Source: Tubiluchus corallicola (lineage: Eukaryota; Animalia; Priapulida). From it: a stretch of DNA of 64,000 nt. The notes beneath the pieces were generated by a model, which had not been told where the DNA came from, searched no databases, and worked only from the letters and a program-made list of their open reading frames with translations. The stretch spans positions 310,001 to 374,000 of the forward strand of contig JAQGDQ010000048.1 in the NCBI GenBank assembly GCA_030141605.1. Reading direction: 5' to 3'. Within the stretch, counting starts at the first letter, position 1; each line of letters begins with the position of its first letter. The position numbers and the translations under genes are program-made. Positions 25,601 through 39,560 of this stretch are shown one piece after another.

Positions 25601-28600
25601 CTGCAAAATGCCGAAAGCAACAATTTCGTAAATTATTTTACTATTTAATATTTTATTTTATTTTTAGGAATTTCAGGAATATATTTTAGGAATGCTTGAT
25701 GTCACAATGACTAAAATTATCAATGAGCATAGGAGTTACAACTGCATTTTTTTCAAATACCAAGACATTATTAATTCAGTTTACAAAGTGAATTCACTAT
25801 ACAATAGCCTCATTAGACTCACGGTTAATAGACTCAGCCACTTAATTGACTGAAAAACGTGTGGTACAGGTTGCTCCTATTCAAATGTATATAAAAACTG
25901 TCGATAACTGTCTCAAATAACTCTGCATAATTGACTCAATATTTTTCCTTCACGTACTTAAAATAAGACACTTGTGAGTGGTCAAAGAGCTTTTACTGCT
26001 TTTACGTCATCTTTACATCGAGTTTGTGCACTATAATGTACGTAGACAGTCACGTTAGGTACAGCTTTATTTGTAAGCAGGTACAGTTCGTTTATCACGT
26101 GCTAATACGTTAGCATAGCGATTTTGCTTTGAATCTGTCACACCCTCATTCGTTGCAATTAACCTTGTTATTTCTGGAAGCTAAACATTTAGTCACTTGC
26201 CCAGCGGTTTGCTTTTGAAGTTCCTACTGCTTTTCACAGGGAATCACCAACTGCAGCTCAAGCCTAGGTGACTAGGTGTTTTGCGTGAATATGTACCGTA
26301 TACAGCAACAGATCTTCAACATTTTTATCACTATGAGAATTTCATAAACAAATTTCTTTTGAAATGAAGCAACCGACCTTGCATTAATTTTTAGTGGTAA
26401 TAATCAGATTTGTGAGAATTTTTATTTTCTGCTTTTATTAATTCACGTATACAAATCAGTATTCTTAAATAATTGCACATAGGAATTTTGACACTAATTC
26501 ATTTCTAAAATTCATTTGAGGCCTTTACAATGCATATTAAGGTAATGAGTCATACTTCTACAGTAGTAATAGGCTACATCCTTCAGCTAATTGAAGCCGG
26601 TTAATTGGGTCAAAACACTTCCATCCCAAAGTGAGTCTATTAAGTGGCGCCTATTGTACCTTTGCATGAAGCTCAAATGTGTTATTACTAATTCAGTAAG
26701 TTTTTAAATCCGTGTTTCAGTTCAAGTTAGCAGTAAAATGATTTCACATTTTATAGGTAAATTTTGAATTCATGGTAAATGCGGCACAATTTAAGCAAGG
26801 AATTCTCAAGTTTTTAAAATCTTACACAAAGTAAACCAATCTTAATCACTAAATTTAAGATGCACATATGAGAAGAAAACTAACTGGCAGGTTTAACTTC
26901 CTGTGGATCCATCAGCCTGTCAGTGAGCGGCACCTGGCGGAATGAACCAAAACGAGTGAAACTGGCTTCGTCCTGGTTGAATTGAACTTGTACAGACTCT
27001 TTGTCTCGTTTTTGCTTACGTTCCAGACATACAGCAAAGGCACATCCTACAGCATGACTCAACCTCTCTCCCTGAAAACGGTAAGTTACTTTCAGCATAA
27101 AAATTCCAAATCTTTTTATGCTCTGACGTGCTTTTATTTTTAGTTACACTGTCAATTATTAGTATCTACACTTTCTCGCGTGAAAATTTCAAAATTTCGT
27201 TTTTATTTTACATTTACATTTTCTAACTGTATATATATAGATGTGGGTGAACAAAACTAAGCTTACAGATTCCTTTACAGCAGTAAAACCATGACACATC
27301 CACCGCCTAGTTGTTCCATCTCGGCAAATATAACTGAAGCCTTTCTCAAAATTTCTGTCCGGTGCGCAAAACGACACCTTCTCTATTGTTTGATCAACTA
27401 TTAGACCCTGCCAAAAAAAGAAAACTTACAACGTACCTAAAAACGTTATAGTTCTGATACCTTATTGCTACATTATTACAAAATTTTTTGATAAAACAGA
27501 CACCTCCTTCCAAATATAACCAAAAATCCCGAACATTATGAAGCATTAAATTGACAAATACTGCAAAAAAAATAAACTGGCACACTTGGTATAAAGATAT
27601 GTACAAAAGAAAAAAATCCACTTGAGGCATAGCCCAAAGAATTTCACGGAAACTGGCAAACACCATGCAAGACTTAAATAAACAAATTTTCATAATATCA
27701 ACAAATTTCACCTATACCTCTGTGATTGAAATTGTTTTTTACAAGAACCACATTTACATTAAGTGCCACATTGAACTTGCTGATTTTTGCTCATCTAAGT
27801 AAAGAGATTGGAAAGGTTCTATTTCAAGGGAAAATAAGAAATAGCATTGAAAAAACAAACTCGAACTTGAATAGAAAAAAATTTCGGTGAACTGTGGACC
27901 CAAACTTATATTCCAAGTTCCTTTTTAGTTTTTAACAGAAAAATTTTATACAAGTGAAGCATTTTCTACAGGAAATTTCGCTGCAAGTAAATTGGCAAAA
28001 TCAAAAATTGAGCACATTTTCACAAAACAGATTATGAACTATTCGTTGAATGATGCAACTTCACTTGGGGTCAAATTCAAGCACATTCACAAAGCAGACA
28101 GTGATATCTATGGAAACGCAAAGCTTCACTCTGTAAAGGTAATGAAGTGGACAGTGGCAAAAATTAGCTTGCAGGCTGCTATGATCCACAAAATGCAGCC
28201 ATGCTATCAAGTTTAATTGCATTACAGCCACTAAAGTGAGACATGAGCAGTACTGTATCCAGTTAAGTGACACAGTCTACATCCGATACAGAAGCAGATA
28301 TTCATCCATAATTCAGTAACCAATTAGCTGAACAAGCTTGACTAAGAGTAAAATGTGATTGCTGCATTGAGTGCGGGTTGGCAGCACAGCGATTAAGCCA
28401 GGCTGTTTTCGCATATCAATTCCCAAATGTTCCTTTATAAGTATTGCTGATTTGCTGATAGTTACTGCCACCATTTTAACGACATTTTGGCTATGTCACA
28501 GGACAGCATCAGTAACAGTGGTTAACTTACTTAGCATGGTTTTTCTTCACAGTTTTCCTCTTACCACCTTTGACCTTGAACAGGCAACGGCAATATCTTA

Positions 28601-31600
28601 AGCTAGTACAACTACGTCTTCCAATCAGGTAATTTGTTGTATCAAAATAATTTGCAGACAAAAACAAAAGCTGGCCATAAAGCCAATTAATCAACGTGAA
28701 TGGCTTAACTTAAAAGCACCGAAATGTTAGAAAAAATTCCACTTGAACAGCAGCTTTATTAATTATCTGGATGTTTATATACAAGTTTCTTATTATGCTA
28801 ATTAGAAAGTGCAGTGCAAAATTAAGCCGACTTCCTTTCTCTCACGGTAGATGCTGCCTAGAAAAATCCATTGTAACGATTTAAGTGAAAGGTCAAGCAT
28901 CTTTGAAGTAAGGCTAGTTTCAATGTTAGCGAAAAATGCTAGGAAGATATAGTAATAAAAGTGTGATAAATGCCTCGTGTAACTAGTAAAATTACGTTAA
29001 AACTGCGATCACTTTGACAGACCATTCTTCCACTGATTATACCATTTTCCGACTGAACACAAGCAGCGCACTTTCAATTTCCGTCAAAAGTATAAGTTTT
29101 TTTAAAAAATAGGTAGCTAGTTTCTTGATATTTTTGCATGAACATTAGGCAAGCTATGAAGCGCTTACTAAAAGTCACGAAGTCCACCAGTTACATCATA
29201 TTTTTTAAGTGAATGGCGGCTAATACAGGGTCTGAAAATGTCTTTACAGTAATAGTATAAATATATAAGTGTAACTTTTTGCTTTACAGGCCAATTTCCT
29301 TGTAATATTTTTGTAAGTTTAAGTGATAACAGTAAAATAAACAGAACATGCTAAATGACATCCTTTCCTTTAAAATCATGAACTGATCAGACACCGAATG
29401 CACCGAATGTGACTTGCTGACAGCTGTCATTTTTAACCAAACCCATCTGCATTAACCTCGTATCATATGTATTAAAAATATTGGACTCGAAGAAACATTA
29501 CGAAAGATATCAGGATACCTTATTGTCTTCATCCACAACTCGCAGTCCATCTCCACTCACATACAGTATAGATTTCATGGGCTTCCGCCTGCTATTCTGA
29601 AAATGAAATCAACATGAATTCATCAATTTTAAAACATGATACTCTACAAATTACAGCCGGCAGTTGAAAAATCCATATTCAACACAGTACTGTCTGTTCA
29701 CATAGGAGAAAACCAACATGACAGCGACAGTAAATAAAATCAATTTGAATTATGAAACTATAATTTGCAGATTGCTAACAAAAGTATCAGAAAATGTCTG
29801 CTGTTTGATCAAAATCAAATGTAGAATTTTCATCAATTTCAAACGAAGAATGCAAAATACAAGAGCATATGAAAGATTCTACAAAGATTTGCAAAATACA
29901 AGAGCATATGAAAGATTCTACAAAGATTTGCAGGTGGACAAAATGAAAGACGATGAAATGATAGTCTCCTTAAATTTTCACCTTAAGGACAGTAATGTAA
30001 AAAATACGCTGCTTTTTTTCTCAGTCAAATCACACATTACGCAAGAATGGTCAATGCAGCAGTGTGCTGTGTGCAATGGACTGTGGAAGCTATTTACAAT
30101 AATCCCTTGCAGTGATTAATTTTTAATTGCTGTATATTAGTATTTACAGACCAGCCAGTCAATCAATATGGCTGCTGCTAAGCTAAACATGTGTATAGTC
30201 ATTACAATCATGTCTATAGTCATTATCACGTCAAGAAGTATTTGCCTAAATCCGATGAAATTACAAGACAATTAGCAGTGGAATGATGCCATGCAAAAAC
30301 CTTATTGTAATGCAAATGCACTGCACTTGATACAGTTAATAAATATTGACATTTAATTGCAAATGAACATGTCATGATAGTTTATACTAATTAAACTGAG
30401 TATTTCAATTATACATTATTAACACAATGAATACATGCAGCTTTTGGACAAAATTATTTTATAATTTTCTTCTAATTATTAATCCCCATTAATTTCTCTG
30501 CCACTCTGGGGGAAATCACTTTTTCTTTAGCTGTTTAAAAATGCAAAATAAGACATGACACAGCCAAGAAACCGTGCACAAGTGTCTTGCATAAATAAAG
30601 GTATAAAATTTAAGCATCACATCAGTAATCTTTTTGTGCAGTTGTGCACCTTGCAAGCCAGAACTCAACACTCAACAGCAAGGCCTACTATTAAAGTTGG
30701 ATGGTTGTGGTGGGGCTGGAAACTAACAAACTAACAATGAAGATTATCTTCCAAGCAAAACACTAAAATGACAGCGATTTCTTGGTTTCATTCAGATGTG
30801 TGTGCAAATAAGTATTAGTTAACTATCCTGCCCAATACTAGGTCCTACCAGCTGCAAACAAAGCTTTGCCCATGTGGAATACAAAATCATTAAACAGCTG
30901 AAGTATAGCACTGCAAACGTCTTGCAGAAGTACGTAGCAGCAGTAGCAATAGTAGTAGCTAGTTAAAACCTAGTAATATGCGAATGATCGTTCTGATGTC
31001 TTGAGATCTTGTGCCAAAACTTGTTTAAATCCTATTTGCACTTTTAAAGCATCATGTGGCACACTAGGAATGTTGAGGGCTGTTCAACAATAACATAAAT
31101 TTTCTTAATGATAAAAGACGTCTCATTTAATACAGTGTATTTGCATGACTTTTGGATATGTTTTATATTTATTTGTTCAACACACAAACTGGTACTGCGA
31201 TAGTGCTGCTCATACCATTTTTTTCCTTTGTAGCAAACTGAAAATATTATCATTTTACTACTAATTTACTTTCATTCCATTCATGTTTTTCAGTTTTCAA
31301 ACTTTGTTTACAGCTCAGCAATTTACTTTTGTCACACGGTTACTGTTGTTTATTCGAATGTTTATATTTATTGCTTATTATCAAATCTTAGATGTTTATG
31401 TTGTGTTAATAATTGTTTGCTGATCTTGGTCATATCTGCTTGTCTCTGTTTTTAAATTTTAATTTCTTTTGAGTAAAGTCAACCAGCATTGCAAATTTTA
31501 AGCACTGCTTAAAATGTAAAGATCATTCTCATGGAATTGTAATTCTCCTGAGAATCGGAATGAAATGATGCATCAATATAACAATGCAACTGTTAAAGTA

Positions 31601-34600
31601 AAAGCAAAGACAAGGGAATTAAACATTCATAAAATAAGCACTCTTCTATTATTGGAAGTCCGACAGCAGCAGAATTAATGCTGTTATTAAGAAGAATTAT
31701 AATAACAAATTAATATAATTAATTATTTAAGCAAAGCAAATTATTCCGAAACAACAAACTTACAGCTGCAACCATTATTTCCTTTTCGTCTATTGAAACA
31801 CAACTCATAAAGTGATTTCATTGTCGATTGAGAGAACGGTAACTCCTCCCACAAAAGGAAAAGGGCCTCTTAATTTATATCAGAAAAATTTTTCTCAAAA
31901 TCACTAGCCTCATTTATATGTTTTTATAATTATACCTTTAGCACTTTGAAAGCCTCTTCACACACAGTCATTCCTCTGGACTCATAGACTTCTACACATC
32001 CCATATACTGAAAAAATTATAAACAGACATTACATACATAAGCCACAACGTAAGAAGAGATCAGCTCTTTTCATCAGTGTACCAATATGGTTATTGTTAT
32101 AACAATATGAACTATTATGATACGAATACAAATAATATGAATAAGACCTTGAGCGTTTTCAAGTTGTTAATTAGATAACTTTTGCCATTATTAAACACTG
32201 GGTTTATCAATCATTGTTAAATCATGTTATAACTAAGGAAATAACTCTTAGTCCTTAAACAGACAATAATAAAATTGACCTGACGAGCCATCAAAATCAC
32301 AAATGATTAAAGAACAGTACTGACAGTGCACTGGAATGACAGGTTCACGTAATTATATGACAGTACTTTATGCGACTTTTTATCAAATCGTTCACATTAT
32401 AATAAAGCTTTAAAAAATTTTAAAACAAAGACATTATCCACATGCTGTGAATATATAGCAGTGATAAGGTTTTAGTGTTTTCGATGAGAAATTAGGTAGA
32501 TCCGTACACAGCATAATTATTGCCGCTTTGCCCATTAACACCCTAATAAATTTTACACCTTTTCAATCATTGCCTATTATTGTGACAACTATAAGACCAC
32601 ACAACTACTTTATATACAGCTGGTACTGGCACCCTGCAAGCTATGACTCAGCACTTAATAGTAACAGGGGCTACTTAATGCAAAGGTTATATAGGGTAAA
32701 GCGGGGCATAGAGGGACTCTTAAAGAAAAATGCTTCCAGTTGTTGCATAAATCCTTCCAATAAATTTTATTCTGGCTGTATATTCTCCTTACAAATACTT
32801 TTAATGCTAAATCTCAAACAGTAACAGCAAGTTACTGCACAAAGGGCACAGTGGCACAGGAACGTTGAACAAAGAAAGACGCTTGTCGGGTATTTACAAT
32901 CGAGTGTCTTAAGACTATGTATATGTTTAGTCCTTATAAGCATACAAAGTAAGTGGATTACATGCAACAGTTTAAATTTAATAACACTTAACAGAAAAAT
33001 AACTGAAATGTTACCCTGCACGTGACTTGTGAAAATTATATAATACATGATGAAAATAAAAAATCACAACTTCCCATTGTTCACTGCACTTGAAAGTTCT
33101 AAAAAGCATCAAACTGACTGAAAATAATCTAACGGATGCCTAAAGATTGTCCATCTTGAGTTTTCTAACTATCTTTGCCCCAATTTACCCCTCCTAATCG
33201 TGTTTCTTTAAAAATTGACGGAAAGTGCTAAAAAATCAAAGTCACGAAGATTGCTTTGACAGCTTTCCTTCACTGTAGAATAATGCCAGTCTTACCAATT
33301 CTCTTACATCTAGATACATGTATTTCCATTCACCTCATTTAACAGCCCTACGACATCGTTTTTGTTTTAATGAAAAGCATTAAGCTACAAGCATATATTA
33401 AAAACACTACAAAGAAAAAGAAGCAACTTCGTTAAAACTCAAGTGCTCACGTCTCATAACAAGTAACAGCGAATACTAAAGAAAAATTCAATAAAATCTG
33501 AGTCAATGTTTTAGCAAATATGATCTTAGTAAATAATTCTGCTTATTTCTTTTTCATCAAATATTAGACAGAACGCCCAGGGTGCAACACTATTTCTTAC
33601 CGCAAACACTTGGGACACTGTAGAAAAAAAAATGCAGAAAAATTTAAAAAGAAATAACAATGCAACTTAACGCGACTACTGTTATTCAGTCATCTACAGC
33701 ACGTTACAAATTTGCCTACAATAAAGCTTTTATTAGTAGGCTGCAGTAGTTTGGGCACTTTTCATGATTGTGTGTGCACAAATTCCCAAAAAGTGCATAA
33801 AACAAAAACAATCGCATTTTATGTTTTTCGATTTGGAATCAATGGCTACTTTCTCGATAACAGGCTATCGTGACTACCAAGATCTGTGGAGACAAGCTCC
33901 ATCTGAAGACATTCAAAATTCAGACAGCATCACCATAGCATCATCATAGTTTTTCAGACAAGAATGAATCTTGATTAAGCCCACAGATCAGTCCTTAAAT
34001 CATGTCCCAGGAACAAGAACAATGAAACTTAGTGGGCACTTGAATTCAAGATCATTATGAAAATTAATTACTTTCTTTTTCTACAGAAACTAAAAATGGT
34101 CAACGGTACATTTTAGAAGTTTAATGAAAGATACATGACTAGATCTGCTTTGTGTTCAAAATTAATTAACAATCTAACCTAATAATTGCCTTTTAATTAA
34201 TTTATACATTAAAAGTAACTCAAGTTTTTTTGTATGCTATTTGAACAAGTAAGGAGACAGAAACTTAATTACATTGTTTTCAAAAAATTCTGTAATTCCA
34301 TCTGGTGTTCCACTCTTTACTTTCATACATCAGTTGAAATAAAATCATGCGTGGTACAGTGATTTCAAGTTGTTTTTGGCAGACTCTGACATAAATATAG
34401 TATTGTTAGATAATGCAAACATAAAACAACACAAAGTGTAAATAATGTATAAAAGATAACATGATTTATTGATGACCAAAAGTTTGTACCTCTGCATCCA
34501 GCAGTTTAAAAACTGCATACTATACTACTGTTTTACACTTAAGAAAAATTTGGAAGGTTTAAAGTAACAAAAGCTTCTTACCAAGCAAAACCGGTTAAAA

Positions 34601-36471
34601 ATAAATGAGGTTCCAACAATTCGTTTTCCAGCCCAGCTCATTTTCTTTACTGAACACTATTAGTTTCATCTTTTGAACGAACAGGCAAGTTTAATTAAAC
34701 TATGAGACAGTGTGAGGGGACAAATTTGCGCAAGAAAAGTCGTTAACGGTAACCGTTTCTAGTTTAATTACACGCAGTGGCGGTTGTGAATCAATTCTTT
34801 CAGCTTTCAGGAAAGACAGGAATGGCTTATAAGAGTAATCTCCCAGAAGTTAATGCACAACTGCAGGTTTTCGTGTCTTTTTGTGATAATCTACAGTCAT
34901 TGTCTGCCATATTACACAGACCATCATCACTCGGCTGAGCTTGCCTGCATGACTTTTATTTCTTAGGCAATATTTTTAGGCTATTCTTTACACTGAAGTT
35001 TGTGAAGAAAGAAATGTGTGGGCTAATTATACATGTACTAAAAACAGACAAGCATTTTCCGTATTCACAGTGTTTTGTTAAAAACTAGAGAGCCTTCAGA
35101 AAAGGGACATAGTTACTTTAATGAGATCGACAAATTACTTCAAGACTACCACAAAGACGTATTTTCTGCAATAACGCTTAAAACGATAATAAATTTCTCT
35201 GGAAAAGCAGCTACCGTCATTCAAAGTATTCGGTTAGTTGAGGTTCGAATTTGTGAGATACAGATAGAACAAGGAAGATTATTTTTAATGGAAAAAACTT
35301 CAAATGTGTCCGATTCACAATCCACGTGAGTTCACAGACATTCTCCAAGGTTGTGAAAAAGCACAGACCACCATCATATCTTACGGATTTAAATTAAACA
35401 AGTGATGTAGAATGTGTTTTCTGCATAATATACGTTAGTGACCGTTGTTATACGATACCCTGTTGATGAATCGAAAATCATTTAGCTGTCAGAGCTGTTT
35501 ATCTACCACTAAGCCTAAGCAGAGGACATATTAGTTACAAGACTTTGTTATACGCGAATCTTCACAAAATTATAAAAAATTTAAATCTGTGCTAATGGTC
35601 TGGAAATTTGACCCCAAAATCTTTAGACTCAGTGGTTGAACAACATCCTACCGCCAGGCAATTATGACTTCCTAGATTACTCTTGAGATGAAAAAAGTGG
35701 CGACAAATGCACAGATGGACAGGCAGACAGAACCGATAATTTTATAGTCGTGACAAGCATTAGCCAATTGCGGCAGTAGGAATATTTTTATGATACCGTG
35801 TAACTCACTTAATTGTTATGCACATTGTAAAAAATTAAAGTATACACCGATTGATCCACAAAATTAATAACCTCCAAGTTTGAACGATACCAAGATACTG
35901 ACTTCCCACATTATTCCAGAACAGAGAAAAAGTGGAGACGGATGGAAGACAAACCGAACCGGCAAATTTGGCAATTCTATAGTTGCCATTTCAATGGGGT
36001 TACACCCCAGAACAGAAAAAAAGTGAATGGACAAACAGAAAAACAAAGAGAACCAATATTCTATAGTTGCCCACTATATTGGGGAAACTATAAAAAGGAA
36101 AGAATATACCAATAATCAGAGTATAGTAGCTAAAAAAATAAATAAAGCCAAATGACAGAATTGTGGAAACTTCCAACTATGGAAAGGCCATATACATATA
36201 AAAATTGCGTCATCAGAAAATGCCACAACACAGCAGAACTTACGTGAGGCATTATGAATATCAAAGTTTGACATTTATGACAAAATCATTTTATTTGTAT
36301 TGTGAAAAACAGTTTTAATAGAATGTTATCACCCACCCTAACCAGAAAGCTGCATGTACCAGACCGAACAGCTGCTTCATCTAGCGTCCACTGATGTGGC
36401 TTACTACATTCCTGTCCGGCCTCCTTTCTTTTATGGAAGGTGTCACGAAAGCTCCTCCTCAACTTGTCCAT
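22498..36471 (-). CDS. numb: Protein numb (PTB-domain endocytic adaptor, Notch antagonist); join complement(36337-36471,31936-32007,29519-29596,27267-27407,26885-27071,25269-25481,24648-24809,23788-23940,23077-23205,22498-22667), 479 aa
   Basis: Ten GT-AG exons splice in frame (1440 nt): MDKLRRSFR...[19 protein letters not shown]; PTB core [60 protein letters not shown]; NumbF region [17 protein letters not shown]; C-terminal DPF and NPF motifs and AFEVHM end. Confidence 0.96.
23077..23205 (-). CDS. numb: numb coding exon 9
   Basis: TTGTAG|(D)[42 protein letters not shown]|GTTAGT, 129 nt, open in the required phase (a different frame from the track ORF). Confidence 0.75.
23788..23940 (-). 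CDS. numb: numb coding exon 8
   Basis: ATACAG|(A)[22 protein letters not shown]...TSSRTI|GTAAGC, 153 nt, contains an NPF. Confidence 0.85.
24648..24809 (-). CDS. numb: numb coding exon 7
   Basis: TTACAG|(G)[31 protein letters not shown]...ATHYVQ|GTATTT, 162 nt. Confidence 0.88.
25269..25481 (-). CDS. numb: numb coding exon 6
   Basis: TTTTAG|(N)[31 protein letters not shown]...[21 protein letters not shown]...NGP|GTATTT, 213 nt. Confidence 0.93.
25802..26656. mobile_element. Tc1/mariner-pogo-type MITE in numb intron (TA flanks)
   Basis: TA|CAATAG...TTAATAGACTCA at left and TGAGTCTATTAAGTGGCGCCTATTG|TA at right form imperfect TIRs with repeated TTAATAGACTCA/TTAATTGACTCA motifs. Confidence 0.62.
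26885..27071 (-). CDS. numb: numb coding exon 5
   Basis: TTTCAG|[25 protein letters not shown]...FTRFGSFRQ...DPQEVKPA|GTTAGT, 187 nt. Confidence 0.94.
27267..27407 (-). CDS. numb: numb coding exon 4
   Basis: TGGCAG|[47 protein letters not shown]|GTAAGC, 141 nt. Confidence 0.95.
29110..29260 (+). repeat. Interspersed repeat fragment, copy A (partner at 46600-46790)
   Basis: Shares TGATATTTTTGCATGAAC..AGGCAAG and AAAAGTCACGAAGTCCACCA..ATGG(C/T)GGCTA with the 46.6-kb copy. Confidence 0.8.
29519..29596 (-). CDS. numb: numb coding exon 3
   Basis: TTTCAG|[26 protein letters not shown]|GTATCC, 78 nt. Confidence 0.93.
29851..29932. repeat. Perfect 39-bp tandem duplication
   Basis: TGCAAAATACAAGAGCATATGAAAGATTCTACAAAGATT x2. 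Confidence 0.97.
31936..32007 (-). CDS. numb: numb coding exon 2
   Basis: TTTCAG|[24 protein letters not shown]|GTATAA, 72 nt. Confidence 0.93.
35540..36096 (+). mobile_element. Helentron/HINE (DINE-1-like) non-autonomous element remnants
   Basis: Degenerate (GACA/GGAC)n tracts (35710-35730, 35935-35955, 36028-36045) followed by a 3' hairpin TATAGTTGCCC..GGGGAAACTATA (36062-36092) and an A-run. Confidence 0.5.
36337..36471 (-). CDS. numb: numb coding exon 1
   Basis: TTCCAG|[52 protein letters not shown]|GTGGGT. Confidence 0.92.
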
Positions 36472-39294
36472 TGTTCTGGAACAGAAAAAAATTTTTATTA
36501 ACCATAAAAAGAAACTAGTTAATAAGAAAATTAGAACAGTCCAAAACACGAGGTAGTTCTAGAGAAAGACACACAGGCTTTTCAGTCCATAGATGTTGAC
36601 AAAACCTGATAATCTTACCGTCTTACACAATGTGTTTATAAAACATTGATGTTCTAACTTAAGAATGATGACAAATGGTGCAACCTGATAAATGAGCTAC
36701 TGGTAGCTCAGGTGTTTGATGCACCTAGCTTAATGGCCAAGAGATTTGGGCTTATGGGCAGCAGATGAGAAAAATGCATTCTCAGTTAACGAACTTTTTT
36801 TTAGATTTTACTTTTATTGGCACTGGCTTTAAGGACTGCAAAATCCTCAAACAGACAAAATAAGAAAAAATGAATAAATGTATGAAAAGGGAAGATTAAG
36901 ATGCAGCCAACCTGAGAGCTTGCTGTTGTCATTTGTTGTTACACTTTTCACTTAACTGTTGCTAGCTAATATTGCTTTTGTTCTTACTACTACTAGGGCA
37001 CGCTGTAAAAAGACACTGTGGCAATTATGATCACGACAATGGAAGTAACAGTTTCACAGGAAAAACACTTAACTGCTCCAGTTTGCTCAACAAGCTTTTG
37101 TTGGTGAAATAAAAATGTTTTGCCTAAGAAAAGGAAATTCTGCACCAATGGCTTTTTGCATTTATATTTTGCAAGCCCCCCAGAAGCCCATTTACACAGC
37201 TACCTTAACTTTTCAATTAGATGATTTCTCGTAAATCCAACATTCTAGTCATGCAGAACGATTTCCGTAAAAATTCGTTTGAAGTGAGTACACGACTTAG
37301 AATGCAATTACACAGGGTACGTGAATTAAAAATCCAATTTCTGAAGCATCCAAAACTGTTTTGCAATGGTGCAAGCTGGCAACGATTACACACATTGCAT
37401 GTTGCATTATACGACTAATCTTTGTGGCACAGACCCTCTACATAAAGGAAATTGCAGAAACAAACCTTTAACAGTTTATTAGTTGACTGAGAAAGCCCAT
37501 TTAAGGATACTGTCACATCTCTTGGAAAAATACTTACCACGGTACTTCGCCAACTATTTTCTGGCATTATAAGGTGTTAGTCATAAAAAAACATAGAGTG
37601 GTGTTACCTAGTAATATAATTATCTAAAGTTGTAGCAGTTAGACATTAATAGAAAGACTGTTTATCCATAGATACAAGATCTGCCTCTTTCAGGCAGATA
37701 ATAAAATTTAAATATCGGCAAAGAGAACATTCTAAAATGTATTAAAAATTAACATGTAATGAAAGTAAAGACGTTTACATAACAAGTAACATAACTAAAT
37801 GGTGACATAAATAAATGGTGAAAGTTCATTTAAAACATTAGCAATTAATATTACCAAGGAAAAAATCTATAGTCATTTCATAAAACTGCTTAAGCTTGGT
37901 TGTCCAATGCCCAGCACTCCTCTGACATGAAGGTATGTACTATCTACAAAACCACCTTTTAAGACATGTAAGCGAGCAAACAAGCAAATAAACAGAATCT
38001 GGTGTCTACAGTCTACGTAACCCTTAAGAAATTTAACAGAGATAAAAAATAGGAAAAATAAATATTTTTTTTGATATTATTTATAAACGTTATTTATAAA
38101 TTATACATTTTTATAAACAATAAAAAGATATAAACATCGGACAATTGTAAGCCAAGATTTTATTAAAAATGGTTATTATTACCATTTTAGGAATACAAAT
38201 GCACTATATCCCACAATGCTTTTATATTCCAAAGAATGAACTTGCGCAAGATAAATGAGAACTCATCAATATTATTCTGGAAATAAAATGTAAAAATACG
38301 AAATGCAAGCTGCTGATTCTTAATGATTTTCCAGTCTTTCCTCATTTGCAATGCACGTGTGAGGAAAACTGCTAACACGCAGAGCAGAATAAGTCACTCT
38401 GAATAAATCAAGATTTTACAATTCATGTTGTTAGCTGTCAGCTCATTCTAGAGTTGTTGCAAATTTCAAGGTGGTCTGTATATTTAGCTAGGCTAGGCCG
38501 CCGATAACTTTGTAAACTAACATACTAGTAATAGCCTATGTCCTCCGGGTAAGTAAAGTTAAGGAGTGAAAAACTAAATTGAATTTACAATTTCAATTTA
38601 GTTGTATATATATCTACTAAATGCTATACCTGGTCTTAGAAATGTCACTGGTTCCAAACAAAGCCTCCAAAAGAAATTGCAGAACAAGACCCAGCAGATG
38701 GACTTTCGAAATTGAATGTTTGAGATATATCTATTTTGATCTTGAGTTCATTATTTCCAGTGAAACTGGTGGTATAACGTTAGATTTTCAAGTTGCAGAC
38801 TTGCAGATGTTCCTTCTTTGCAAAAAATATGGTTATACTAAGACATTTTTAACACACGATTGACTGCATAATTGAATATCAATTAGGCTGAGTCTATGAA
38901 TTCACGGGCCCTTTCTTGACAGTTTGGGGCCCAGACTAATGCTCTGACTGAATAAAGTCTCTCTCGTAAGTACTGCTATAATAAATGATTTTTCTGCTGT
39001 GAAGTCTATGCTATTTTTTTGTTGAGACATGTCACAAATTCCAGTACTGTGACATTTTATTTATTAACATGAAGCGCTTCTAAACCTCTAGTACCATTTC
39101 GCTTTAGCCATTACTAGCTATTTCTAGCTAATTGCTAATTCAGCAACCCAGTTTACAATCTAAAATCATATCACATCTAATATAGTTTTAAGGACATTAG
39201 TTTTATTCAACGACCATACAATACTGACGAACATAAAACCTTTTATCATGTGTTTCAAAGAATAAACTGAAAATAAATTCTTAGTAATTAAGCA

Positions 39295-39560
39295 CAACAA
39301 ATGAATAAATGAATGAACAAACCAACAATACACAAACAAACATTTTAAAGTTTGTTTGACTAAGTTGATTGACTAACTAAACCCACCAATCAATTATCCA
39401 TCTTAACCAATAAATCAACGACTAACTGACCAAACAACTAATAAATAACTTTCAAATAAACTCGCTAGCTAATTACCAAATAATCAATAAATTCAGAAAC
39501 GAACAGAAAAACAACATTTGAGCAAATGAACTAATGACAAAGCAAGCAAGCGAGTAAACA
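39295..39560. repeat. Degenerate (AAxY)n tetranucleotide-like low-complexity tract
   Basis: Runs of AAAT/GAAT/AAAC/CAAC/TAAC/AAGC units. Confidence 0.7.

Noticed and set aside
29718-30119. 133-aa ORF with repeated [13 protein letters not shown]
   Set aside because: Product of a 39-bp tandem duplication, antisense within a numb intron.
36700-36760. TAGCTCAG box-A-like start suggesting a tRNA or SINE
   Set aside because: No box B (GTTCRA) and no cloverleaf.
38630-38820. Possible upstream coding exon of numb ending CAG|GTATAG
   Set aside because: In-frame TGA shortly before the donor in the phase needed to join the ATG exon; at most a UTR exon.
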